A stretch of DNA of 64,000 nucleotides from Octopus vulgaris. Lineage: Eukaryota. Of the stretch, positions 30,541-45,958 are shown in pieces; the first letter of the stretch is position 1, and the number at the start of each line of letters is the position of its first letter. The DNA is taken from positions 33,542,001 to 33,606,000 of the forward strand of contig OX597827.1 in the NCBI GenBank assembly GCA_951406725.2, written 5' to 3'. The position numbers and the translations under genes are program-made. The notes beneath the pieces are model-generated. The model ran no database searches, was not told the DNA's origin, and saw nothing but the letters and a program-made list of their open reading frames with translations.

Positions 30541-33500
30541 ATCGATTAGGCTGGTATTTGTAGCATGTCCTGCTACCCTGAACAGGTATTTGTGATAAAG
30601 GACATGCCGTTATTGCAAATAGCTGTTACATGGTAGCAGCGCGTGGTAGAAATAGCAGCCAGATCTTTCAACTTCTGTAGAAAGGAGCCGTTTATGTGAT
30701 GGAGAACCTCGGACTTTCAGGATGAAATCCAAGGTTCCCCTCTACAACCCTCCCTTTGTTTCTGAAGAGAAATAGGAGGCTTGAGGTATATTAGGAGTTC
30801 AGGGTACTCCCATGCAAAAAATTACTTTTTTTACCCTTAGTGAAATGTGTGTGGGTGCATTTATCAAAATTTATCCAGTTTTTGAATGAAAGAGGTTACG
30901 TACGGAATTCAGCAGAATGAATGAGTGGGTTTTACTTGACCAGTATTGTTATGTAACATCGTTGTCATCAATTATAATGGTTGTTGAAATGAATCAATCT
31001 GAATGACTCCATAAAACAAGATGAGTGGTGTTAGATTCTGTCCAGTTGGACAGAAGTTGTTGAATGGGAAACAGATGTACACCTTACTGGGGGTTCAGGA
31101 ATGAACGATGGAAGCATAATATTAAATATTAATGTAAGGGTTAATAGATTATAGATGAAGCAGAAACGCATCAATCAAACATGGCAAAACTATTCATTAA
31201 ATGTAACGAAGTGTCAGCTTATATTGTTCAATGACAGAACAATGAAGTTATTTACTTGGAGGAAAATTTGTGAATCTGTTTTGAATCACAAACAAAATGA
31301 ATGTTAATTTAAGAATGATACGCTGTTATCGCAAATAGCTGTTATGTGGTAGCAAGGCATGGTAGAAATAGCTTCCAAATCTTTTATTTTCTATCGAAAA
31401 GAGCTGTTTACGCATCATTTTGATGTCATGTTAATTCAAGTGTTAATATGAAAGTGAAACATTGTTATGAACCAGAAGAATAAAAGTGAAACATAGATAT
31501 TATTCTTTCATTTTTGACATGTAATAGCGAACCAGTGTAAAGAATTGCTTTGGGCCGCATTAGACAAGAAGTTGAAAACTTTTTTGGCCCATGACACTTA
31601 CAAGATCCTCTTTAACTACTGCTAGTCATTTCTTCTTTAGACACCCTTTCTTTCTGGGACCCTGCTAAGAGGACTGGAGACATTTGTGTGGAAGTCAGTG
31701 AGGATCTAGCTTGATCACATGCTCAAGCCACTTCATGCACCTGCTGGTCCATAACTAACTTAGTGTGCATGAGATCCCAGATATTTAGCTCCTTGGCTAC
31801 CACTTCTTGGTCAAACTGTTCAACCCATGCCAACATGGAAAATGGATGTTAAATGATGATGAAGAAAGATAGAATAAGTTCACAACCAGTATTATTTTGA
31901 TGCTTTATTTAACCCTCTAGCAGTCATATTAATCTGTCAAATATAATGGATATTTATTTACTTTGTCTTGAATGAATCATACATTATCTTGTAGCTTTGA
32001 GAGTTCAATAATACATTTGTTTCCTTTTTAAATGACATTGCAGAGTAGTTGTGAGATGTCTGATCTGGTCAGTTTGAAAACAAAATAAGCAGAATATTTT
32101 GGGCCTGATGTGGCCAGTTTGAATGGTAAAGGGTTAAGCAAAAGACTTAATGACTATAATGCATTATTCTTTGGAAGTTAGAAGAAGGGGAGGAATTGAC
32201 CAGAAGAGACTGGAAAAAAAAAGAGGGTAAGAAAAGAAGTGAGACAAAATTTAAGTGACAGAAGCCACATGGTTATTGGTTTGCATGTTTGCTTGCTAAC
32301 CACGTGGTTTTGAGTTCAGTCCCACTTTGGGCAAGTGTCTTCTACTATAGCCCCAGGCCAACCAATGACTGTATGAGTATAAAACTCATAAATTATATGC
32401 TTACATGTGTATGTAAACATAATGATTTCAAATTTTGGCACAAGGCCAGCAGTTTTGGGGAGTGGATAAGTTGATTACATCAACCCCAGTGATTAACTGG
32501 AACTTATGTTATTGATCCTAAAAAGATGAAAGGCAGAGTGTGTGTGTATATATATATATATACATGCATACACACACACAATGAACACAGAAAACCATGG
32601 TAGATAGTCAATAACTACAAAAGCTCAAAACAAAAGAAATTTTTGTATTTTCTGGTCTGGTCATATTGTTGAAATATCTTGTTTTAATGGTATCTATTGA
32701 AGGTCATTATGTTAACGGATCTAATTTGCTTTGTACCCCTATTTACCATAGAATGTTATCTGAGAATGTTGGGTGGATTGTAGAGGAATATGTAACAGTT
32801 ACAATATTAGTCTTGATAAAATTGATTGTCATTTCCCATCTTCTCCCAATGGAACTATTTTGTGTCTTGGTAACAGAAATTGATTTCAAATACTCTGCTG
32901 TAACTGTTTGTTAATTAGCTAAATGCTTTTAACCATCACCACCACCATCATTGTATTTTTGAGTGTTTACACTGAAATTCTATATGCAGACTTCAATTTC
33001 TTGGTACCTTCTTAAATGTGCTTCTTGTGTATGTATTTATGAGAGTATATACATATATGTATTTATGTGTATATGTATGTATATATTATATGTATGTATG
33101 TATGTATATATATCAAGATTAATCAGCCGAAATTGCGAGGATGATCCAGTTCTTAACTGAAGATAAAAGGCTTCGAATGACCTGTCCGTGTTTTTTTTGT
33201 ATCATCTATCTGAATGTTTTGTTGTCCCATTTTGTATTTTATTTTATATGTATATATATATGCCTGCATATATGTATATGTGTGATTCAGAAGTATCAGG
33301 CGTTCTGCATAATTTTTTATTTTGTTACAACTTTGTTTTTGTATGCTTTTTGTATCTTTTGTTAATATCTTTATTACACACACACACACATTTTAGAAAA
33401 ATATTATTAGCCAAAGATGAGAGAATAATTGGCTCCAAAATGGCACAATCCATGTAGCCTCATTTATCACCAATTCATTAATCACTGATCTGGGATAACA

Positions 33501-35000
33501 TGGTACAGATGCTCAATTGGGTTGTGAACCATGTTACACTTATAGAGTGATCTGTAATAACACAGGTTGACAATCAGTTAACATTTCAGCTTGGACTGTA
33601 AAAGTGTGTTACGCTGACTGTCACAGTGCCCTGCTACCCAGAATGTACTGACTATTGCTTGTATGTGCATGACTAGTGTGAGACTGCATTTTTTTTTTTA
33701 TATAGATTTACATACTCATAACCTATTAACATGTGTGCCAGTGAACAGAAAATATACAAAGGCACCTGATCCTAAATAATTATGCAGATGATGATCCAGA
33801 AAATACATGTGAATGGAAGCTGTTCTGCTGTGGGTTGAGTTTGGTGTCAATCAGTGTACCTTTCATTCCATTTACAAAATACATAGAGATGATTCATATA
33901 TCACTGTTATTTTTTGGAACCAAATCCCCATGATAAATAGAGGATAGATGTATAACAGTAATCCTGTTCAGTTATTTGTACATAGCTAGTTAAAGTATTC
34001 ACTGCAGTCCAGGAGATAAGCTGTATAAATTGCAGGGCAGTGGACCCAGGAAAACCCGAGTTGTGGCATTTGATGAAGGGTGGACTAAGGTTGGGGTGTT
34101 TAGTGAATGGTGTGAGTAAAGGGTTGGTGAGGAGGTGGGAAAGTGAGAGAGAGGGAAATGAGACATAACATTAGAAAGCTCAACTAGAATTCTTAAGGGA
34201 CTTTTGAAATGCCATGTATATTTATGTGTATATAGATAGATAGATACATATATATGTATATTTTTCTTGCCTGGAAAATGGTAAATGGTGAAGTTTGGTG
34301 AGAGAAAGTACAACCAGCCATAGAAAATTTGCCTCCATGAATTTTGCAAGACACTCATAGGAAACTATAAGTGAAAAAATATGAAAATCTCTATAGTGTC
34401 TAGTGTTAGGGTTGGCGTCATAATGAGTATCCAGCCATAAAACATTGCTTATAAATATCCAATCCATCCTATTACAGTATGTAAATTCCTACATGAAGTA
34501 ATTGTCAAAGATATTGATATATTTGTATATCATCATCATTACTTTGTCTCCTTTCCATACTGGTATTTGTTAGATCATAACAGCCTAAGTTAATCATTAT
34601 TTAGTGTTCCTACCTTCAAAGAAGTTTGCAGGCTCATGTCTAGACCGTACATCCAGTTTTTGGCATGGTTACTATGGTTAGAGACTCTTTCTCTCACCAA
34701 CCACTTCACAGAGTGTTTTTATCATGGCACCAGCACTTAAAAGGTTGTCAAGTCCTCAACAGAGACAAAACTTTCTCCTACTCATTCTTACTCTAGCTAC
34801 TGTGCTTTTGGAACACTCATTTCCATTGCTAATCATGCTACATAGGTAACAGAAGTTATTAACTAGGGATCTTGGTCTTTATACTTATTGCCCCTGTGAA
34901 TATATGATGTCTTTTAACCTCTGTTAGCATGTCTGTGATCTCACATTTTTATGTGATCTTAGTTTATCCTGGGACACCATTTGAAATTGCTACCTATACT

Positions 35001-35340
35001 ATTTTACTTGTTTCAGTCATTTGACTGTGGCCATGCTGGAGCACCGCCTTTAGTTGAGCAAATCGACCCCAGGACTTATTCTTTGTAAGCCTAGTACTTA
35101 TTCTATCGGTCGCTTTTGCCGAACTGCTAAGTTACAGTGACGTAAACACACCAGCATCGGTTGTCAAGCGATGTTGGGGGCGACAAACACAGACACATAT
35201 ATATATACATATATACAACGGGCTTCTTTCAGTTTCCGCCTACCAAATCCACTCACAAGGCTTTGGTTGTCCCGAGGCTATAGTAGAAGACACTTGCCCA
35301 AGGTGCCATGCAGTGGGACTGAACCCGGAACCATGTGGTT
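35001..35340 (-). mobile_element. SINE family A
   Basis: Near full-length match to other copies. Confidence 0.9.
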
Positions 35341-35509
35341 ATTCCTTTTCTGCATATTGAATTCACCTATTTTCCAGATGATATTGTAGTCACATTTTTT
35401 TATTTTTCATTTTTTATTTCTTACTCAAACTTAAGCCTTTGCTTGGTTTACTTTGAGATTTCTCGATTCTAAGCTTTGTTTCCATGCCTAGAATTTCTTC
35501 TTCAAATAC

Positions 35510-36560
35510 TGTTCAGGTTTGTATCAAGATGGTGTACTGTTGATGCTCCCTTCCTAATGAGACACAAGAGAAGTTTTTTTTAGTATTGATCCATACTCTG
35601 TAGTTTGGTGCTTTGCTAAGAAAACTGGATGGAGATAAATGACTTGTGATACTCATGCAAGCCCTATACGAAGGTGTTGTCAGCAAGGTGAGAGTTGGCA
35701 ATGAGTTCAGTGGGGAATTTTTGTGCTGGTAATGCATATATCAGGGTTCAGTTTTTCTCCTCTTTATTATAGCTCTGCAGGATATAACAAAAGAGTTAAA
35801 GGCCAGCTGTCTATGAGAACTCTTCTATGTTGATGACCTAGTTATCATAACTGAATATCTTGAAGATTCAGTAAAATTCCAAATGTGAAAGCATTTGTAG
35901 CAAAGAGTAAAGTTTTAGTTTGGAGAAAAGAAAACATGACTGCTGTAGCCTGAATTCTGGCTGCATGAGCTGTAGTGGGACCGCAAGCAGACTGACAGAG
36001 AAAGCTGACTTCGTAAAGTGTCAGGTACACAGGAGTAGTCAGTAGTTAGACCTGTGAAATTTTTTTTTTCAAATACCCAAGAGGTTATATAATAGTATAG
36101 CTTGGTTAAGGGAGATGGGTGTTCTAAAAGCATAGCAGGCAAAATAAGTGTAGATTTGGAAAAAAAAAATCAAGTGAATTATTACTTGTTTGCAATAAGG
36201 GGGATGTGCTTATGTAAGGGTTAGATAGATACTAAGATGCTTGTGCATAAAGTGCAGTGTTGCATTGTAGCGAGACAAGAATATTGAATGGGGAGGATAT
36301 GTAAAGGAATGGGTGGACATGCTCTACTGTATGTGTAAATGTTAGTGTGCATGAATGCGTGAGCAGAGAAGAAAAAATGGTTACGAGAATATTCAGATGT
36401 AGTGTGCAAGAGAGAAGACTGAGCTGGATATTATGATATGTGATGTACATGGAAGGTGACAGTTGTGTAAAGAAATGTGAAGTGATGCCAACAGAAGGAA
36501 CTTGTGACGAAAACCAAGAAAGGATGCTGAACCTTAATGAAGGTGATAAGTGACTGACAA
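35510..36560 (+). mobile_element. Degenerate RTE-clade LINE RT region
   Basis: MQALYEGVVSKVRVGNEFS, QGSV, LFIIALQDITKELK, YVDDLVII across frameshifts. Confidence 0.75.
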
Positions 36561-36899
36561 ATTATTTTGGAGAATACGATTGTAACACATGCAATCTCTG
36601 GATGTAAAAGTAATGAAGATGTGTGTTTATGTCTGTGTCGATGTCTTTGTTCATGTTTTCTGGTGTAAAACCAGTGTTTTCCCTAGAAAATAAAATAAAA
36701 ACGAACTTGTCTATTCGATAAATTAGATCGATAAAATACCAGACTGAAATAAGAAATGAGTCGATATGATCGACAATAATTGTTTGAAGGCAAATGCCCC
36801 ACCAGCAATAATCGCAGTCCAGTAGGTGAAACCAGTAAACCAAATAGCAAAATAAATAATCTGTATTTTTGCACAAAACATGTAGACGAATATATTTTT

Positions 36900-38260
36900 G
36901 TATTTTGATTATTAGATATCTTTCTTTTCCCAAATTATCTCATTAAAAAAAAAATTCACTTAGAGATTCGTTTGAATTTTCTATTTGAACTTATGACGTT
37001 ATTGTTTTCTGTTGTTATTGTTGTTGTTACGATACACACACACACACACTTTGGTCTCTCTAATAACCCTTTTGTCCCGTCGTACCTTTCGCCTCCTGCT
37101 TACAACGTCCTTTACGATATTAACATTGTCTTTCTCCATAATTTCTACTAATCTTTCGAATATATGTTTCCCTCTCTCTCTCTCTCTTTTTCTGTAACAA
37201 ACTCTGTCTCTTATATCTTTCTGTTTGTTGTATCTGTCTCATTATATTTGCTGATGTTGCTGGCGGTGGTGGTGGTGTTAATGGCAGGGGGAAGCTTTCA
37301 GTTATATACAGACAATAACAATATTTCTCTCACTGTACGAGCACTTCTCATTTGTTTTAGTTCTTCCTCTGTATACAACACATGTACCATGTTGATGGCA
37401 TATGGGGCGATTGTTTGACTCCCTTTTCTTTTCTGCCTCCTTTCCCTCTCTTTCAAAGCACATGTACTCTAGTCTTTGCATGCGGAGCAGTTGATTGTAA
37501 ATCTAAATATCTCTCTCTCCCCTCTCGTTGTCACAGGCACTTATCAGTTTTCATAAGGTTTGTATTAATCTCTCTCTCTCTCCCTCCACATGTACTCTTA
37601 CACTCACACTTCACGCTCTCTTTCTCATTGCCATCATTATTAGAGTGGCTGCTATATTGGTAGCGGTGGTGGCAACAAACGTTACTGTTCCTGCTTAACC
37701 CCAGATCAGCTACGATTGAGCAGGCCTATAGATTGAAGGCATTCCAGCTTTGACCGTCCCATCCACGTATGGTTATATATCTAGATTAATATTATCGATG
37801 TGTCCTTCCCATTTCTTAAGAGTAAGGTACAAGTAGAATGAAATTTTACTGTTATTTCTAGCGATTCGTGCAACCACAAGAGAGAACTCTTTCTCCCGCT
37901 TTCACATTTGAAATCGCCTATTGGTGAAGTCTCTAAATTTCCATATCTAAAGAGACTAATAATAAAATTGATAATAATAAAAGAAAGACGGTTTAAACTG
38001 TATTTTAAGTTTCATACATTTGTAGTCATAAACTTACAGGTTCTTTATTTTTTCAGCGAAAACTCCCCTCTCCCTTCTCTCACAGGTTTATGTTATTGCA
38101 ATTCGTCCCTGAGGTGTTAAAAAGATCCCCACGTCTGGCGGCATCATAAGGGTTACTTAGGGTAAACTGTTTTTATGAAAGTGAAAAGAGAGAAAGAAAG
38201 CAATCAAAAAACGTATATACTAAGGATACCACAGCCGCGATCATCGTGTTTTTGTCGAAG
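36900..38260 (+). promoter_or_regulatory. Candidate promoter / 5' UTR region of the zinc-finger gene
   Basis: Locally higher CpG, TGACGT, ATTGG, CT tracts, acceptor-like ctctcacag| at 38085 and possible donor at 38162. Confidence 0.3.
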
Positions 38261-38370
38261 GTATTATTTATTTTTATTTTATCTAGTTTCAGCTCACGAG
38301 CTGTGGCCATGCTGGGGCACCGCCATAGTGTATTCAAGATTTAATTATCGAGTGTGCCCTTTTTTTTTTT

Positions 38371-38669
38371 TTTTACTTGTTTCAGTTATTTGACTGCGGC
38401 CATGCTAGAGCACCGCCTTTAGTCGAGCAAATTGACCCCAGGACTTATTCTTTGTAAGCCTAGTACTTATTCTATCGGTCGCTTTTGCTGAACCACTTGG
38501 TTACGGGGACGTAAACACACCAGCTTCGGTTGTCAAGCGATGTTGTGGGGACAAACACAGGCATAAACACACACACACGTATATACACGACGGGCTTCTT
38601 TCAGTTTCCGTCTTCCAAATCCACTCACAATGTGGTTGGTAAGCAAGCTACTTGCCACACAGCCACTAC
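38371..38669 (-). mobile_element. SINE family A (internally deleted), preceded by a CR1 3' stub at 38282-38325
   Basis: Sequence match to other copies. Confidence 0.85.
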
Positions 38670-40303
38670 TGATAGAGTGTAATTTGAGGGAGATTTAACT
38701 ACTATTTCTGGTCATATGGAACGCCTTTATCGATATTACGTTTTATTATTCTTGGTGTTTAAAGCTGTAGTGGTGGTAATTGTGGTGTGACAGTAAAGAG
38801 TTGTTTATGACCATAGATTGTGTGTTTGTTGTCGTTTTGCGCCAAATCAGCTCTGATTAAACAAACTGATAAAATAAACATTCCAACTGTGTATTTACTA
38901 CTTGGACAAGTATTTATTTCGTTCTCTTCTTTTTTTTTTTTTTTTTTCAAGATGGTAGAGTTGAAATTTGAGGAAGAGTTGGCTGTTATTTTTAGTAGGT
39001 CGAGCGAGTGTGTTGGGGAGTGGTGTTGCTGTTTCCCGTGTAGCTTTTTTTAGTTTATTTTGTGTTCAATAACTTCAGTCACTATCGATCAGGTTGTTCG
39101 TGATGATAATTGTTAATTGACTGTGGTGAATGTGGTGATTCTAGTTGTGTCGTGATGGTGGTGGTACGACGGCGATTATGTAATCGATATTGTTGAAGAT
39201 GGTGGTTGTGGTGGTGATGGTTCAATAACCTAAACTCGGTCTTCTGTTATTTTTCAGTTTCACAATGTAAACATTATTTCTCCATCGTTAGATTTCGATA
39301 TTCGATCATCTAGCTTTGTTCACAAGAATGCTCTTCTCTAAGTTTTTATGTAAGGTTAATGTGTGATGTTTGTGTCGGGTGTGTGTGTGTTTTTTATGTA
39401 TGTTTCTGTAAATGTGTACTGTTTGTGTAATGTACGTTACTGGGTTAATGTGTATATGTTTGTGCAATGTGTGTGTTGTTTGGAATTGATGTGTGTGAAC
39501 ATGTTTGTAATTATGTAATGTGTGTGCCTGTGTAGTTAGTGTTCAATTGAACTTAGATATCACAAGACAGTGGAATTACTATAAGAAATATGATATGTAT
39601 TTGTGAATGTGTAATATTATCTTGGTACATTGAGTATGACTATATAATATAATAATGAACGGTGTGTTTTGGACTGCTGTATGTATTTGTGTGTGTGTGT
39701 ACATATATATATATAAATATATGTAGAGAGAGAGATACATAGATATATCGATATACACATACATATATGTAATATGTAAATACATTCATATACATATTTA
39801 CATGCATAAATACATACACATACATATATAGACATGTATGTATATATAATGTGTATATATATATATAACACACATCCACTAGTGAGAATCCTCCTGATAA
39901 ATATTGCTTTATAGTTATTACTTGTGCAAAACTATTGATTGTGGTTAATTAAATACGTTTCTCTTTGTCATTAGGGAATAATAAGCGCGCGCACACACAC
40001 ACACAGAGTTAAATAAGTATATTTAACTTTATTTAATTATTGGGAATACTGAGTAGAAGTGGTCTCAGAATTCCGCAAAGTAGATAACTTAGTGATTCCA
40101 TGAAATACTGTTAGAGTCACTGAGTTGCAGCTCAGTTAAATGACCAGTCAGTATTTTCTTTAATTTTAAACATAGTGAAAGTACCATAGTAGCCTAATTG
40201 CACATCAGGTGGGGTGAGAATAGAAATGGAGACACTGCTAGATTTTTTTATTCAATGTATATTTAATGAGTACATGTAGGATGAAACTGTGTGTTATATA
40301 TAT

Positions 40304-40665
40304 AGGTGCAGGTGTGGCTGTGTGGTAAGAAGCTTGATTCTCAACCATATGGTTCCAGGTTCAATCCCACTTGTGACACTTTGGGTAAGTGTCTTCTACT
40401 ATAGCCTTGGGCCGACCAAAGTCTTGCAAGTGGATTTGGTGAATGGAAACTTTTAAAAAATCCCATCGTATATATTGCATGTGTGTATGTGTCTTTGTTT
40501 GCATCCCTGTAACTTAGAGTTTCGTCAAAAGAGTATGATGGAATAAATACCAAGCTTCAAAACAAAACAAAAAAATGTTTTGGAGTTGATTCATTTGACT
40601 AAAAATTCTTTAAGGCAGTTCCCCAGCGTAGACACAGTCTAATGTCTGAAACAAGTAAAAAATAA
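40304..40665 (+). mobile_element. SINE family A, older copy
   Basis: TGGCTGTGTGG / GGTTCAATCCC boxes and CTGAAACAAGTAAAA tail. Confidence 0.85.
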
Positions 40666-43131
40666 AATATACCATATTTAGTGTATGCAATGCACATCCC
40701 CTTCTCCTTACCTAAAAAATGTTTTAAGAAGTTGTCATTGGTCCTGTGTGCAAAATTGAGCCTCCCATAAGCTCTTTGCCTTGAATATGCTCTATGAAAT
40801 TGAGGTGCATCTAATATGTCTGTGTGTATTCATCTGGTATGTATTTAGATGTGTGTTCCAAAGGTCCCAGTTATCCTGTTTAGAGTGAAGACCATGCACT
40901 GCAACACCTTGGGATTCAAGGGCCCATAGCCTTGCCAAAACAGCTGAAGGATCTTCATGGAGAAAGAGTAGATGTTTTCAAGAAACAACTTGACCTATTA
41001 TCCAAGATGAACTTACATCATGGCAAAAAACTCAAAAGAGAGCAGCTATGTTGAACCCCTTCCTTCACCAAATGCCAATTGCATAATGATGGTCATAGAA
41101 AAGGTGATTACACTGGCTGTGTCCCAGCATGGTCTCAGCCTTTTGGCTAAAAGAATAAAAGGATATAAAGGAACAGTGATGTAAAGGGACCTTTTTAGTT
41201 TTATTAGGAGTGACCTCTCTGGTGTCAGTAGGATGATACATTGCACTCAAATAGAGATAGGAAGGGCATCCAACAGTAAAAATCGTGCTCCCACCCACAA
41301 AAAAGGCTGATGCCCACAGTAAAAGACATTGGTGCTTGGCCTAGGGGTTAGGGTGTTGCACTCATGATCACAAGATCATAGTTTCAATTCCTGGACTAGG
41401 CAGTGCATTGTGGTCTTGAGCAAAACACTTCAGTTCACATTGCTTTAGTCCATTCAGCTATAAATGGGTCACCCTGCGATGGACTGGCATCTCCTTCGCA
41501 GAAAATGTCACTTATATGCTATGGAAACCAGATAACTAGTGTTATGAATCCTAGGACTCAAAGCAGTAATGTTCCTCCCTGGAACATCAACCTTCTGGAA
41601 TTGTCTCTCTGTTCATGTTTTTCTTACAAGTGTTGATCTGCAACAAGTTTAAAGGTAACATTAATGGCATTGAGGTTACTGGTCTTGAAGTGCCCTGCAG
41701 AGTACAAGGCATTGCCCCGCCAAGCAAAATGAAAAAAAAAAATCTTATCATGAATGATGCCTTTCTGCTGCTATAGATTTCTCTCATTTGGGAGGTGGTG
41801 GTGGGTGCTTTAATTTGTAATCATTTGAAGGTGTAACTGCTATCTATTTTCTTTTATCTTATACTTATTTCAGTCATTAGACTGTGGCTTTATTGGAGCA
41901 CCACTTTGAAAGATTTTACTCAAACAAACTGACTCTAGTACTTACATATTTTTAAGCCTGGTACTTATTTTATTGGTCTCCTTTGCAGAAACCGCTAATT
42001 TACAGGGATGTAAACAAACCAACATCAGTTGGAGTGACAAAGGTACATGCGTGTGAGTGTGTGTATAGGACTGGCACAAGGAAATACAGGGCTTAATAAT
42101 TAGAGGAGAATTATCAGTGGGACCCCTACTCTACAGAAGCTGAAGATTGATGTTTTATGCTTTGTCTGGTATGCCATTATCAGCCAAAAGGCATTGAGGG
42201 TTTGAGGCTCCACCATTAACCACATCATGGTGTCCTCTGCTCAAGCATATGCACAGGGCCCAATTTGAACAAATCAGTCTAATTATATATATAAAGTTAA
42301 TCCAAACAAGGAAGCACAAAAAAACACAACAACGCGAGGACGTGGAATAAATATAGTATTATTGGATGCTCAGGAAAGAAGGAGGGTTTAACGTTTTGAG
42401 CGGAGCTCTTTGTCGGAAACATAGGAGAAGGGAAGACAGAGGGAAAAAATAGCCAACGGTACACATGCGGTCACATTTTATATATATAATTATATATATA
42501 CAATGTTATACACGTTTCATGTATCTGTATGTACATGCACACACATACACACAAATGTGTGTATTCAATCCATGCCGGTATAGAAAATAGATACTAAATG
42601 ATGATGATGTATATGAAACAAATGAAAACTGGAGTTGCTATTTCATACTCTGCAACTGAAAGATTGTGCAAAACTATTGTTTCTGCTGGATGAATTTCTT
42701 TTCTATACCTTTGGATAGCCAGGTGTTTGCAAGAGTGCTATCAGGATTCCTGGATCTCTTCTGACTTGCTCTACACACACACACCTTTTCCTTTGTTCAG
42801 ATCTCTTTCCACTTTTTCTAGAGATATTAGTCACTGTACTGGAATTTACCACTGGACCAATATATGCCATTTAGTAGACAGAATGTGATCAGTATAAGCT
42901 TTCAGTATCAAATTGCGACTTATAGACTTCCATCCTTTCCAAAGGACCTTTGAGTTCTCTTTTTTTCACTCCTGGACTGGAGATAACCAGCAACTGTCTA
43001 AGGTCCATACATATGTGACCATTGTTAATGCACTTTATAACTACAGGGTCAGTAATTTATATTCCAACACCATTACTGTGTTTATGTCTATGGCCAAGAT
43101 ACTTTCTCAGTCTATACATTGGCACAGTTCA

Positions 43132-43902
43132 CCGTTGTCAATTAGTTTAACATCACCATCAAGTTCTTCTATGCTTAGTAGTATCTATTCTGTTACAAGT
43201 ATTCAGGCTAGGTCACTAATCTTTCTCCCACCAGTCTTATAAGTGTTGACTTCATCTTGTGATTCAGTTATTTAAAAAAATAAATGCTTTGTATTTTGAG
43301 TTCAAATCCTTCTGATGTTGACTTCATCTTTGATCACTGTTGTTGATGTTGTTTTTGTACTTTGATCTAAATTCAACTTCTGATCTTGCAGACCTAGGAT
43401 CACAGACAATCCAGCCATAATCATGCCAATTTTTATGAGGTTATCTAAGACTACATTATCTAATGTCCTTCCCTTCTTTTTCAGGATGGCAGAGTGTGAT
43501 TTGAGAGAGATGTAACTGTTACATCTCTCTCAAATCACACTCTGCCATCCTGAAAAAGAAGGGAAGGACATTAGATAATGTAGTCTTAGATAACCTCATA
43601 AAAATTGGCATGATTATGGCTGGATTGTCTGTGATCCTAGGTCTGCAAGATCAGAAGTTGAATTTAGATCAAAGTACAAAAACAACATCAACAACAGTGA
43701 TCAAAGATGAAGTCAACATCAGAAGGATTTGAACTCAAAATACAAAGCATTTATTTTTTTAAATAACTGAATCACAAGATGAAGTCAACACTTATAAGAC
43801 TGGTGGGAGAAAGATTAGTGACCTAGCCTGAATACTTGTAACAGAATAGATACTACTAATCATAGAAGAACTTGATGGTGATGTTAAACTAATTGACAAC
43901 GG
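43132..43902. repeat. 771-bp near-perfect palindrome (385-bp arms, 1-nt spacer at 43517)
   Basis: Arms are reverse complements; one mismatch seen (ATGCTTAG vs CTAATCAT). Confidence 0.97.
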
Positions 43903-45714
43903 AGAGGACTCCATTAAAGGTACCCAAGGACCAGCTGATAGTGTTAAACTGAGTGACAACAGAGTGGACTCTATTGACCCTTCAGCATTCAGATTACTTT
44001 GTCAAATGAAATGCTCATTTATTCACATTTTTTAAAGTTAGTTCTATGTAATCTTGTTGGTTTGAGATTATGAACAAGTGATTGTTTATTTTAGAATGAC
44101 ATTGCAGGTGGATATGAGAGGCTGGATTTGGTCACTTGAACATAAAACGGGTAAAATTTTTGGGCTGTATATGCCTGGTTTAAATGCTAAAAGGGTAAAT
44201 GGAATGAAGGACCACATAGAGATGTTAACCCGGGTGACAACAGAGAGGACTTTACAAAAGGCACCAAAAGATCAGGTGGGTGTTGAAACAAATGCATTAA
44301 GTTTATCTCAATCACCAAGAAAGGAACACTCCTTAATGAACTTCCAGTTTTCATTTCCCAAATTTCATTCATAGGGCTTTAATTAGCCTAAGGCTATGTT
44401 AAAAGACACTTGCCCAAGGATGTCCATATAAAGGCTTCCTCAATACTCCATAATAAAAGTCCCAAAGGATATGTCAGTTGGGATTTGAATCCATTTGGAA
44501 GGCTGCTATGTTGACCATTATACCACTGACATACCAGTTGTATTGGTATTAGATAAGTGGCAAAAATGATTGACCTTATTCAATATTTAGTAGATTGGAC
44601 TGTATGTGTGAAGGTACGTGGCCCAGTGGTTTGGATGTTACACTTGTAATTGCAAGATTGTGATTTTGATTCCCAGACTGAGCAGTGCATTGTTCTTGAG
44701 TGAAACACTTCCCTTCATGTTGCTCCAATCTGCTCAGCTGTAAATGAGTAACTCTGCAATGGACTGACATCCTATGCAGAAGTAGTGTTGTTATCTCAGT
44801 CACTTATACATTAAGGGAACTAGGTAACCAGCACTATGAGTCCTGGGTCTTAAGACAGTACTTACTCCTTTACATTCCAATTTCAAATCCTATTGATTTC
44901 AACTTTGCCTTTCATCCTTCCAGAGGTCAATAAAATAAAGTATCAGTTAAATAGTGAGGTTAATGTAGTTGAGTCTTCACCCTCCCTTCATATGCAAAGC
45001 ACTGTGCCTTAAATTTGGTGGCAGGAAAATAGTTCTTTAAATTATTATATACTTACAACTAAGGTGGCAAGCTGATAGAATTATTAGCACACCTGGCAAA
45101 ATATTTACTGGCATTTTGTCTGTCTTCATGTTCTGGATTCAAATGCCACCAGAATCGACTTTGCCTTCCATCTTTTTTGGATCAGTGAAATAAGTACCAA
45201 TTGAGCATCTGGGGTTGATTTAATCAACTTAGCCCCTCCTTCAAATTGCTGGCCTTGTGCCAAAATTTGGAACCAGTATTTACTCACAACCTTTTTTGTT
45301 CTGATTTCAAATCTCCATGATGTTGACTTTGCCTTTACTCTTTCCCTTATGCTTGAGTTGATGAAATAGGTACCAGTGAACTACTGGGGTAAATTCTGTT
45401 ATATCTGTTTCTTAAAATCATTAGAACTGGTATTCAATGGCAGGTCAGATTGTTACAGTTTGGTAGGAAGGTATTTGAACTGTTTTAAATTGTTCTAAGT
45501 TTGGTGCTTTGTTCTAAGATCATTTCCACCTAAGGTTCATTGATTTGATTTTATTGTATTAATTTCTTTTGTGATCAGAACAGTAGGTTCCAGTAATACT
45601 CTGGTGTTGTTTCAGTGGACAATAGTTTTTTTTATGTTTTGTTTTATTTATCTCTTATACAAAAAATGATCCTGTTTCTGATCCAAATAAATCATTCGTG
45701 GTAGCACTAGTGCA

Positions 45715-45925
45715 AAACTACTACTACCACCACTACCTATACTATTATTGTTACAACAACTACTACTACTACTGGCACTATTATTCTAACACTAACAACA
45801 ACTACTACTACTACCACCACCACCGGTACTGCTATTGTAACAACAACCAATACCATCTCCGACAACAACTGTTACTGTTACTATAATTTTACTACGATAT
45901 TTATTACTGTTTCTTCTAGTCTGTT

Positions 45926-45958
<33 letters not shown>

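Noticed and set aside
33115-33190. CTGAAGA and CAGCCGAAA motifs in a PLE-like short repeat
   Set aside because: Could not assemble consistent stems in the correct order
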